From an uncultured Spirochaetota bacterium (GTDB lineage: Bacteria; Spirochaetota; UBA4802; UBA5550): DNA of 64,000 bases. The notes under the pieces were generated by a model, which saw only the letters and a program-made list of their open reading frames with translations, was not told the DNA's origin and searched no databases. Made by a program: the position numbers and the translations under genes. Of the stretch, positions 31,748 through 40,376 are shown in pieces. Positions within the stretch are counted from its first letter, which is position 1. Each line of letters begins with the position of its first letter. Location: contig CAWHAA010000001.1 in NCBI GenBank assembly GCA_963827275.1, positions 192,001 to 256,000 on the forward strand, written 5' to 3'.

Positions 31748-32728
31748 TTATCCCGAGGGTCCCGAACCTCCTTCCCCTGTACCGGGAAAATCGATTCTAT
31801 ATAACACGCCGGCGGTAATACCATAAAAGTGATCATATAACACAGAGAGCGGAGTTTCCCCGTTTATCTCGAACGGATCGCTCTGCAGCATCTTGAGCAT
31901 CTGGTACCTGAAACCGATGGTTATCGTTGTATTGATCGCCGATATGAAATAGGCCAGGTTCAAGGTGGAGTTCAAGCCTATTCTGTAATACACAAAGGAT
32001 TCATTCTCGGGATAAAGGACGCCCGTTCCATTAGTGTATAGTAACAGGTGCCACTGTCTGACATCCGGCATCATGACATTGAATAGTACCGATGCCTTTA
32101 TTATCATAAAGAAGACATGAGGCACCAGCGGTATGGCAACCCCGAACCCCAGGGCTGGCGCGTATTCATTAATAATTCTTTTTCTTCTGTCATACATGAA
32201 AGCAGAAGTATACGTGAGATAAAACCAGTCCTTATAGTCGATATGGGTATACTTGAAGCCGAGGAAGATTGAGAAAAACCGGTTGATAGAATAGAGTATT
32301 GTCGTGTCGCTGTCGATACGTTTTGTCGAGGAGCTGTTGCGATATATATCAAAAGGCAGGTACGTGGGACCGAAAGCGGGGGTCGTGTAGGAATAGGTTT
32401 TCCTTTTGGATGAGAATTCACCATACAGAACAGAAGTTGACAGACTGACGTTCTTTGGAAGATAGAACTGCAATGCGGGGCCGGAGATAAAGCCCGGTTT
32501 GATGGTGAACGTGTCCTTAAAAATCAGCTGGGATTTTTTGACCTCCCAGTAGGGTTTCCACCAGACAAACCATGTCGAACCGGCGATGCCCATACCCGCG
32601 GAACCGGCAGCGCGGGGGATGAGCAGTATGAAGAAAAAAACGATAGCGCCAATGAATCTGATCATTATTTTTCTTTTTAATATAGCACCCATCGGCATAC
32701 CAGCACCCCCTTCCATGCACATGCTCAT
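31748..32728 (-). CDS. Secreted / outer-membrane beta-barrel-like hypothetical protein
   Basis: Signal peptide ...IRFIGAIVFFFILLIPRAAGS; alternating aromatic beta-strand pattern ending YGITAGVLYRIDF. True start is probably downstream of 32728. Confidence 0.65.
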   Translation of the reverse strand: MSMCMEGGAGMPMGAILKRKIMIRFIGAIVFFFILLIPRAAGSAGMGIAGSTWFVWWKPYWEVKKSQLIFKDTFTIKPGFISGPALQFYLPKNVSLSTSVLYGEFSSKRKTYSYTTPAFGPTYLPFDIYRNSSSTKRIDSDTTILYSINRFFSIFLGFKYTHIDYKDWFYLTYTSAFMYDRRKRIINEYAPALGFGVAIPLVPHVFFMIIKASVLFNVMMPDVRQWHLLLYTNGTGVLYPENESFVYYRIGLNSTLNLAYFISAINTTITIGFRYQMLKMLQSDPFEINGETPLSVLYDHFYGITAGVLYRIDFPGTGEGGSGPSG

Positions 32729-32753
32729 ACAGTTTCAGCGTTCTGTCCAGCGT

Positions 32754-32880
32754 TTATTATCTAAGAAATTACGTCCTCTCCGGCAAGGGCCCACGTGGCA
32801 CAATGCGTATTATGTGAACCAGCCATCTCTCAGATAAGGCCCATTCTAAAAACAAAATGCGCTGGACAGGTGCTTAAAAT
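32754..32880. repeat. ~130-bp direct repeat, copy 2, with dif-like core at 32793-32820
   Basis: ACGTGGCACAA-TGCGTA-TTATGTGAACC; bracketed by the inverted repeat CTGTCCAGCG (32743) / CGCTGGACAG (32860). Confidence 0.9.
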
Positions 32881-32923
32881 TCTTGTCCTGAGCCTGTCGA
32901 AGGATCGTGTGCGCCGAAATCTT

Positions 32924-33237
32924 TCACGTTATCTGGTCCGGCTTGTGTTTAATGCCCTGCGCGTATATCCCATAGTATCGTATCGCTTTTTCCCGGCATT
33001 CATGCCTCAGCTATTTTGGGAAGATAAAAGAGGATTCTCGCCATGAAATCGTAAATGTCCAGGGTCATTTCGGAGTAGATCTTTTCTTTCGTGTTACGGT
33101 CAACCCAGCTCTTGTATCTGAACGTCAGTTTCGCTTTACCATGGTCTATGCCCGTTATCATGCTGTTGTGGAAGTATCCGGCGACGAGGTATTCGGCGGT
33201 GCAAAATAATACTTCGTTATTTGTGCCGATAATGGGC
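32924..33237 (-). mobile_element. IS91-family (Y2 HUH rolling-circle) transposase remnant
   Basis: Hand translation ...AEYLVAGYFHNSMITGIDHGKAKLTFRYKSWVDRNTKEKIYSEMTLDIYDFMARILFYLP*, then after a frame change KAIRYYGIYA. This fits the TFRYK...MTL...F..R.L..LP...IRYYG.YA block of Y2_Tnp. Confidence 0.75.
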
Positions 33238-33451
33238 TATAAATGAACATGAAAGCCATTTATATATTTTTACAGGGCAAGTGCCTATATCAATAGAAGA
33301 AAAACCGGCCAAAAATAATTATTAATTCGACGGCATCATAAAATACTTGCATTCAGCGACACATGTAATTATTAATACCCCTGTTTTTCATTCTAACCGG
33401 CTTCATTCCGTACAATCTACAGGGGCAATTTCAGCGAAAAAGGACAAACCC

Positions 33452-35470
33452 ATGCCTGTTACTACCGACGACCTCAAGCTCATTGCAACGACCATCCGCA
33501 CCCTCTCAATGGACGCGGTGCAAAAAGCAAATTCCGGCCATCCCGGCATGCCAATGGGGTGCGCCGACATCGCCGCGGTGCTCTGGGGGAAAATACTCGT
33601 GCATGACCCGTCAGACCCCGGGTGGGCAAACCGCGACCGGTTCGTCCTTTCACCAGGTCACGGCTCCATGCTTCTCTATTCAGCCCTGCACCTGAGCGGA
33701 TACGACCTGACCCTGGACGACCTCAGGAGCTTCCGCCAGCTCCACAGCAAGACCCCGGGCCACCCGGAGCACACGGTCACGAAGGGCGTGGAGACCACCA
33801 CCGGGCCGCTGGGCCAGGGCTTCGCGAACGGCATCGGCATGGCGGTCGCGCGCGAGCTTCTTGCATCGGAATTCAATACTTCCGGGAGCGCCCTCATCAA
33901 CCACTACGTATACGCAATCGTAAGCGACGGCGACCTCATGGAGGGGATATCCTCCGAAGCGGCGTCGCTTGCCGGCCACTGGGGCCTGGGCCGGCTCATC
34001 TACCTCTACGACTCCAACGACATCACCATCGAGGGATCAACGGACCTGGCGTTCTCGGAGGACGTTGCCAAGCGCTTCGCCGCCTACGGCTGGCACGTGC
34101 AGAAGATAGACGGGCACGATTACGCGCAGATCGAAAAAGCGATAAAGAAGGCGCAGAAAAACACGGACCGGCCTTCAATCATTATCGCCAAGACGAGGAT
34201 CGCCAAAGGAAGCCCCAAGCTCGAGGGGTCGGAAGAATCCCATGGCGCGCCCCTCGGTCCCGACGAGGTCGCCGCATCGAAAAAGAACATCGGCTGTTCT
34301 CCGGACGCGGCCTTCTGCGTGCCGGAGCGCGTGTACGAGATTTTCAACGAGAGGAAGAAAAAACTGAAACGGGCCCGCAACAAGTGGAAAAAGCTCTTCA
34401 AGGCCTCGGTCCAGGGCGAGACCCTGGCGCGGTGGAACCATTTTTTCGGCAGTCCGGACATCAACGAGCTGAGGAAAAAGCTTCCGGTCTTCGACCCCGC
34501 GAAAGCGGTTGCGACACGGTCGGCGAGCGGAAAGATACTCGAGTCCCTGTTCAAAGAGCTCCCCAACCTTGCGGGAGGGTCCGCTGACCTGGGCCCCAGC
34601 AACAAGTCGTTCGTCAAGGGCTTCAGCGAGTCAGGAAAGGGCGCGATCGGCAGGAACATTCACTTCGGCATCCGTGAGCACGCAATGGGCGCCATCCAGA
34701 ACGGGATGGCCTACTACGGCGGCATCATCCCCTTCTCCGCGACCTTCCTGGCCTTTCTCGATTACATGCGGCCGCCGGTACGGCTGGCGGCCCTGGGGCA
34801 GCTGCGCACGGTCTATGTCTTCACCCACGATTCGCTCTTCGTCGGGGAGGACGGCCCCACGCACCAGCCGGTTGAACATGTCGCCTCGGCGCGGGCCATC
34901 CCGAACCTGAACGTGATCCGCCCGGCGGACGCGGAAGAAACAAAGGAGGCCTGGCTCTCAGCCGTTTCCAGGAAGAAGGGCCCCACCATGCTTTCGCTCA
35001 CCCGCCAGGACCTCCCGATACTCTCACGCGGGGCAGGAAATGGCGCGGAGGGGCTCCACCGCGGGGCCTATATCGTGAAAGAAACAGAGGGAAAACCGGA
35101 CATCGTAATCATCGCGTCGGGCTCCGAGGTGCACATTGCGGTCGCCGCGGCCGAAGAATTATCGGGCAAGGACATCCGGGCGCGCGTCGTCTCCTTCCCC
35201 TGCTGGGAGCTCTTCGATGAGCAGACCGCGAAGTACCGGGCGGAGGTACTGCCGCACGGCATACCGAAATGCGTGGTGGAAGCCGGCATCCGCATGGGCT
35301 GGGATCAATACGCAGGCCCCCACGCGCTCTACATCACCATGGAACAGTTCGGCGCATCCGGACCGGCAAAGGCCCTTGCGGAGCATTTCGGCTTCACGAA
35401 AGACAATATCGTGAAGAGGGTCGTCGAATTCCTTGGGAAACAGGGGGAAAAACATCATGGCAACAATTGA
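33452..35470 (+). CDS. tkt: Transketolase
   Basis: [60 protein letters not shown]. Confidence 0.97.
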   Translation: MPVTTDDLKLIATTIRTLSMDAVQKANSGHPGMPMGCADIAAVLWGKILVHDPSDPGWANRDRFVLSPGHGSMLLYSALHLSGYDLTLDDLRSFRQLHSKTPGHPEHTVTKGVETTTGPLGQGFANGIGMAVARELLASEFNTSGSALINHYVYAIVSDGDLMEGISSEAASLAGHWGLGRLIYLYDSNDITIEGSTDLAFSEDVAKRFAAYGWHVQKIDGHDYAQIEKAIKKAQKNTDRPSIIIAKTRIAKGSPKLEGSEESHGAPLGPDEVAASKKNIGCSPDAAFCVPERVYEIFNERKKKLKRARNKWKKLFKASVQGETLARWNHFFGSPDINELRKKLPVFDPAKAVATRSASGKILESLFKELPNLAGGSADLGPSNKSFVKGFSESGKGAIGRNIHFGIREHAMGAIQNGMAYYGGIIPFSATFLAFLDYMRPPVRLAALGQLRTVYVFTHDSLFVGEDGPTHQPVEHVASARAIPNLNVIRPADAEETKEAWLSAVSRKKGPTMLSLTRQDLPILSRGAGNGAEGLHRGAYIVKETEGKPDIVIIASGSEVHIAVAAAEELSGKDIRARVVSFPCWELFDEQTAKYRAEVLPHGIPKCVVEAGIRMGWDQYAGPHALYITMEQFGASGPAKALAEHFGFTKDNIVKRVVEFLGKQGEKHHGNN

Positions 35471-35666
35471 GCTTACAACTCCCGACATGAGCTGCAACCA
35501 CTGCAAGATGACTATCGAGAAAGCGGTGAAAGGCCTGCCGGGAATCAAGCAGGTAAACGCCGACCCGGGAACGAAAAAAGTGACCGTTGAGTTTGACGAA
35601 GCCTCGGTCACCATCGAAAAGATTACAAGCACAATTGAGAACGCCGGCTACAACGTTGAACGCTGA
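35457..35666 (+). CDS. copZ: Heavy-metal (copper) chaperone, single HMA domain
   Basis: [24 protein letters not shown]...ENAGYNV; overlaps the tkt stop. Confidence 0.85.
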   Translation: MATIELTTPDMSCNHCKMTIEKAVKGLPGIKQVNADPGTKKVTVEFDEASVTIEKITSTIENAGYNVER

Positions 35667-35671
35667 TTGAC

Positions 35672-37036
35672 TTACGGGCAGGCGGGAAGACCGCCAGACA
35701 GCGCGCCCGCTATTGTCGCGGAAGACCGGTATGCGGCGCCGCCCCAATCATTATACGCAAAAGCCCGCGCAACCGCTTCAGCGCCGGAAACGACCGTAAG
35801 CGCAGCCAGGTCTATCAGAAATACCCTGGCGTCGACAATATCATGGAGCCGTTCCGCCGCCCACCCTGTCGCCCTGCCGTGAGCGCAGGTGTAATCGCGG
35901 ATGTACATGATAAAATCATTCATGGCATTAACGTCATAACCGAGCACAACCGGCTGATCCGCCGCCGCCAGTCGATTGATGATAAAGGCCGCGGCCATCG
36001 TTTTTCCCATCCCGTAGAGAAAAGCGGCAGGAGGAACCCCGTCAAACTGATATTCCCGAAGCTCTCCATGCCCCCAGCTGTACGGCCGGTCATTCAGATC
36101 AACGGGAACATCCTGGTAGAACCAGACCGGCTTGACCTTTTCTGACGAGCTGGCTACCAGATACTGTGATTGCGTGACCGGAACCAGGGTGTCCCATTCG
36201 TCATGGATAACAAGAAACGGCGTTGAAAGCTTCGCAATTAACGCATCAGCGGTCCAGGATTCCCAGCCCGCCGTGTTATGCATACGCAGCAAATATTCAT
36301 CGAAAAAATCTATATAATAATTTCTTTTATCTGGGTCTGTCACCTCACCGGGAACATAGGTATTGAAATACTCCTCCTGCACAACGAAGTCGCTCGGCGG
36401 ATAAAATGCAACGCCTGCAGCGGGGACCGCCCCCGCCGGGGCGTTTGCCGCCCCGTACAGCGCCTCAAACCCGCCCCAGGAGGCCCCCCATATGCCGATG
36501 TTACCGCTATCGACCAGTCCTGAATCCATTAAAAAACGAAGACCCGCGACCATGTCATCGACATCGTTCTGCAGATTACCTCCGGTGTAAAACCTTCCAA
36601 ACACATGGAGCACGCCGAAGCCGTTGATCAAAAAAATATTCGCGTCTTCAAGGTACCGCTCGTATGGGCACACTGCCACATACGAAGGAGGATCATCTCC
36701 GTTCCACCGGATACCGTCATAGGGGTTGGTCATGAGGACCGCCGGCTTAATACCGCCATCCCTGGGCGGGATCCACATTGCAAATGACGCTTCCGCCGGC
36801 GCATACTCGATCCTGAGCATATACGTGGAGTACCATTCCCCGTCATGCCTCACCGATACGCTTGTCACGACTGTCGTCCCGGCGGGAGTAATAATATCAG
36901 GGCATGGCGGCGGCAGAAGCAGAAACGCCATAAGAGCGGTCAGACCATTTGAATTTTGATCTTCCCCGTCACAACCCGCCATTAATAGCGCGGCCGAGAT
37001 TAATACTATGAGCAATGAATTTTTGATTTTTGACAT
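35672..37036 (-). CDS. Alpha/beta hydrolase (S9-like) lipoprotein
   Basis: Lipobox LLMAGC, nucleophile GIWGASWGG, DTLVP, GHG. Confidence 0.8.
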   Translation of the reverse strand: MSKIKNSLLIVLISAALLMAGCDGEDQNSNGLTALMAFLLLPPPCPDIITPAGTTVVTSVSVRHDGEWYSTYMLRIEYAPAEASFAMWIPPRDGGIKPAVLMTNPYDGIRWNGDDPPSYVAVCPYERYLEDANIFLINGFGVLHVFGRFYTGGNLQNDVDDMVAGLRFLMDSGLVDSGNIGIWGASWGGFEALYGAANAPAGAVPAAGVAFYPPSDFVVQEEYFNTYVPGEVTDPDKRNYYIDFFDEYLLRMHNTAGWESWTADALIAKLSTPFLVIHDEWDTLVPVTQSQYLVASSSEKVKPVWFYQDVPVDLNDRPYSWGHGELREYQFDGVPPAAFLYGMGKTMAAAFIINRLAAADQPVVLGYDVNAMNDFIMYIRDYTCAHGRATGWAAERLHDIVDARVFLIDLAALTVVSGAEAVARAFAYNDWGGAAYRSSATIAGALSGGLPACP

Positions 37037-37192
37037 TGATTTCATTCTCGCATAAACCAAAATAATATAGTTAATATGTTTACCTTTTTCAAGAAGAAGA
37101 TGCATATTAATTATTTTATTTAAAATTATTTTCACATTTACACCGCCCGTTCGTTTAGCTTTCGAGAGATCAAATTCAGCAGGGGCAAAAGA

Positions 37193-37633
37193 ATGGAAAC
37201 CACACTTTATATTCAAGACGATATCTTAAAAAAAATCACCATGGCTGCACATGCCGGCAACATGTCACGCTCTGAATTAATAGTAGTATTGTTCAAAAAA
37301 GCAATGGATGATGTTTCGCGGCCATCACGCTTTGGCGGCATGGTACAATACCAGCAGAGAAACAACAGGGAAAAACGGAAAGTATTTCATCTGGTATTGA
37401 GAGAAGATGATTATGAATATCTGTTGGATTTGAGAAAATTGCTTAAGATGTCGGTTTCGCTGATTCTTGCTATTGTCGTAAATAAATTCATAGGGAAACC
37501 GGCAAAAATAATTATTACCGATAACAATCGGTATAAAAACTATGTAATAATAAAAGAAATGGTTGGCGGTATAATTTGCTGGCGATTCTTCTGGGGATAC
37601 CCACCCAACATTGAAACATACATCCAATCCTGA
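37193..37633 (+). CDS. Small RHH-like putative DNA-binding protein (DUF1564-like)
   Basis: Two RHH-like units: TTLYIQDDILKKITMAAHAGNMSRSELIVVL and FHLVLREDDYEYLLDLRKLLKMSVSLILAIVV. AT-rich. Family assignment is by recall of sequence pattern only. Confidence 0.6.
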   Translation: METTLYIQDDILKKITMAAHAGNMSRSELIVVLFKKAMDDVSRPSRFGGMVQYQQRNNREKRKVFHLVLREDDYEYLLDLRKLLKMSVSLILAIVVNKFIGKPAKIIITDNNRYKNYVIIKEMVGGIICWRFFWGYPPNIETYIQS

Positions 37634-37640
37634 AAAACCA

Positions 37641-40376
37641 TCAATGCGCCTCTTCCCAGTTCTTCCCCATGCCGACGTCCACCTTCACCGGCACCACGAG
37701 CTCGAGCGCGTGCTCCATTTTATCCACAACGATCTTCTTCACGGCGTCCATCTCGTCTTCCGGCGCCTCGAACACCAGCTCGTCATGCACCTGCATGATC
37801 ATCTGCGCCCGCAGTTTTTTCTTTTTAAACTCTTCACTGATGCTGATCATCGCGATCTTGATCATGTCTGCCGAGGTTCCCTGGATCGGGGTGTTGATGG
37901 CAATGCGCTCGGCCCCCTCGCGGCGGAAGGACGTATCGGAATCTATCTCCTCTATCGCGCGCTTCCTGCCGAGCATCGTCTTCACGTAGCCGTTCTTACG
38001 GGCGAATTCGATGGTCTCGTCGATAAACCTCTTGAACCCGGGGTATGTCTGAAAATAAATCCGGATGAACTCGGCCGCCTCCCTGACCCCGATCTCCGCC
38101 TGCTGCGAGAGGCCGAAGGGGGACACGCCGTAGATGGTGGCAAAATTTATGATCTTCGCCTGGCGCCGCATGTCCGGCGCCACCTGGTCAAGGGGCACGC
38201 CGAATACGGAAGCGGCGGTCATGGCGTGGATGTCGATCCCTTCCTTGAAAGCGCGTATCATGTTCTCGTCCCCCGACAGGTGCGCCGCGACCCTGAGCTC
38301 AATCTGCGAATAGTCCGCCGAGAGGAGGAGACGCCCCTTCTCCGGCACAAACCCGCGCCGTATCTCCCTGCCCAGTTCGTCGCGTACCGGGATATTCTGA
38401 AGGTTCGGATCGGACGACGAGAGCCTCCCGGTCGCGACCACGGTCTGGTTGTACGAGGTGTGGATCCTCCCCGTTTTCGGCGATATCAGCTTCGGCAGGG
38501 TGTCGATGTAGGTGTTCTTGAGCTTCGAAAGCGTGCGGTACGATATCAGGCTGTCGATGATCGGGTGGGTCCCCTGCAGTGACTCGAGCACCCTGATGTC
38601 GGTGGAGAGCCCCGTCTTCGTCTTCCGCTGCGGTTTGAGGCGCAGCTCGTCGAAAAGCACCTGTGACAGCTCGCGCGTGGAATTAATATTGAACTGCCTG
38701 CCGGCGGCGGCGTATATCTTCCCCTCCGCCTCGCCGAGCATCTCCCGGTTGCGGGCTTCGAGCCTCTTGAAGTGGCCGGTGTCGATCTTCACCCCCGCGC
38801 GCTCCATCTCCACCAGCACGCGTACCAGGGGCATCTCGATGTCATGGAAAAGCCCGGCAAGCCCCTCTTCCTCTATCTTCTTGCGGAAGATACCGTACAG
38901 CCGCCAGGTGATGTCCGCATCCTCGATGGCATACTCTGAAATTTTATCGAGCGGGACCTCTTCGACAGGGATGGCGTTCTTGCCGGTACCCACGAGCTCC
39001 TTGAAGGTGATGGTGGTGTAGTTCAGGTGCTTTTCCGCAAGGTCATCCATGTTGTGGCGCCGCTCGTTCGGCGCGAGGAGGTAGGACGCGACCATGGTGT
39101 CGAACGCTACGCCCGCGAGCTCGATGCCGTAATTCATGAGCACGATAATATCATACTTGATGTTCTGCCCGATCTTCCTGACCGACGGGTCCGTGAGGAG
39201 CGGCTTCAGGAGCGAGAGGGACCGCTCCGGGTCAATATACTCTTCGCTGAACATGCCGCGCGAAAGGAGCGGAAGGTACCACCCTTCCCTCTCTTTGATG
39301 GAAAACGACATCCCCACCAGCTCCGCCTCAACGGGCGAGAGCGATGTCGTCTCCGTGTCAAACGAGATCTCGCCGGACTTGCGCAGAAGGCCGATCATCT
39401 CAACGAGATCATCTTCCGACCGTATAATCCGGTAGCGCGTCGTCTCCTTATCCCGGTCGTGTACTTCTCCCTTTTCGGCCGTTACCGCCGCCGCCGCGTG
39501 GCCCGGCTCAGCGGCGAAGAAATCCTTTATTATTGATGACATCTCCAGCTTCCGGAAATAGGGGGCCGCGGTCCCGGGATCGATACCCCTGTATGCGAAC
39601 TCATCGATGTCGTGTTTGATGGGCAGGTCGGTCCGCACGGTGACAAGGTCGCGGCTCAGGAAGGCCATCTCTTTTTCACGGAGCAGCGTCTCCTTCTGCT
39701 TGCCCGTCACCTCGTCGATGCGCGCGTACAGGCCGTCGAGGCTCCCGTAGGTCGCGATCAGCTTCTGCGCGGTCTTCTCGCCGATCCCCTTCACGCCGGG
39801 AACATTGTCCGACGCGTCGCCGGTCAGGGCCATGTAGTCTATCACCTGGTCGGGCCGCACGCCGAGCATTGCCTCCACTTCCTTCGGGCCGTACACCTCG
39901 TATTCGGAGATCCCCTTCTTGTTGGCGTAAATCCTGACATTGCCGCCCACGAGCTGGTAGGCGTCCTTATCGCCGGTGACCAGCATCACCTCAACGTCCT
40001 TCGACGCGTATCTCTTCGCGATGGTGCCCAGCACGTCGTCCGCTTCGTAATCCGCCTCCTCGATCCTGGTGATCCCGAGCGCCGCGACCATCTGCTTGAT
40101 CTCCTCTATCTGGGACCGGAGATCATCGGGCATCTTCTGCCGGTTTGCCTTGTACTCCGGGTACATCTGGAAGCGGAACGATTTTTTCGGCGGGTCGAAG
40201 GCCACCGCAAGGTAGTCGGGCTTCTGGTCGGCAATGAGCCGGAGGAGCATCCTCGCGAAACCGAAGATAGCGGAGGTATTCTGCCCGTCGCTGTTCAAAA
40301 GCGGGGAGCGGATGAAGGCATAGTAGGCCCGGTAGCAGAGGGCGTGGCCGTCGATTATGAAAAGCCGTTTTTTCAT
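37641..40376 (-). CDS. polA: DNA polymerase I
   Basis: IIDGHAL 5'-exonuclease, DTETT 3'-exonuclease, TGRLSSSDPNLQNIP, ADYSQIELR, QGTSAD, QVHDEL. Confidence 0.98.
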   Translation of the reverse strand: MKKRLFIIDGHALCYRAYYAFIRSPLLNSDGQNTSAIFGFARMLLRLIADQKPDYLAVAFDPPKKSFRFQMYPEYKANRQKMPDDLRSQIEEIKQMVAALGITRIEEADYEADDVLGTIAKRYASKDVEVMLVTGDKDAYQLVGGNVRIYANKKGISEYEVYGPKEVEAMLGVRPDQVIDYMALTGDASDNVPGVKGIGEKTAQKLIATYGSLDGLYARIDEVTGKQKETLLREKEMAFLSRDLVTVRTDLPIKHDIDEFAYRGIDPGTAAPYFRKLEMSSIIKDFFAAEPGHAAAAVTAEKGEVHDRDKETTRYRIIRSEDDLVEMIGLLRKSGEISFDTETTSLSPVEAELVGMSFSIKEREGWYLPLLSRGMFSEEYIDPERSLSLLKPLLTDPSVRKIGQNIKYDIIVLMNYGIELAGVAFDTMVASYLLAPNERRHNMDDLAEKHLNYTTITFKELVGTGKNAIPVEEVPLDKISEYAIEDADITWRLYGIFRKKIEEEGLAGLFHDIEMPLVRVLVEMERAGVKIDTGHFKRLEARNREMLGEAEGKIYAAAGRQFNINSTRELSQVLFDELRLKPQRKTKTGLSTDIRVLESLQGTHPIIDSLISYRTLSKLKNTYIDTLPKLISPKTGRIHTSYNQTVVATGRLSSSDPNLQNIPVRDELGREIRRGFVPEKGRLLLSADYSQIELRVAAHLSGDENMIRAFKEGIDIHAMTAASVFGVPLDQVAPDMRRQAKIINFATIYGVSPFGLSQQAEIGVREAAEFIRIYFQTYPGFKRFIDETIEFARKNGYVKTMLGRKRAIEEIDSDTSFRREGAERIAINTPIQGTSADMIKIAMISISEEFKKKKLRAQMIMQVHDELVFEAPEDEMDAVKKIVVDKMEHALELVVPVKVDVGMGKNWEEAH

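Noticed and set aside
31610..32880. Direct repeats as integron attC sites
   Set aside because: No RYYYAAC...GTTRRRY boundaries on either strand and no integron integrase in the window.
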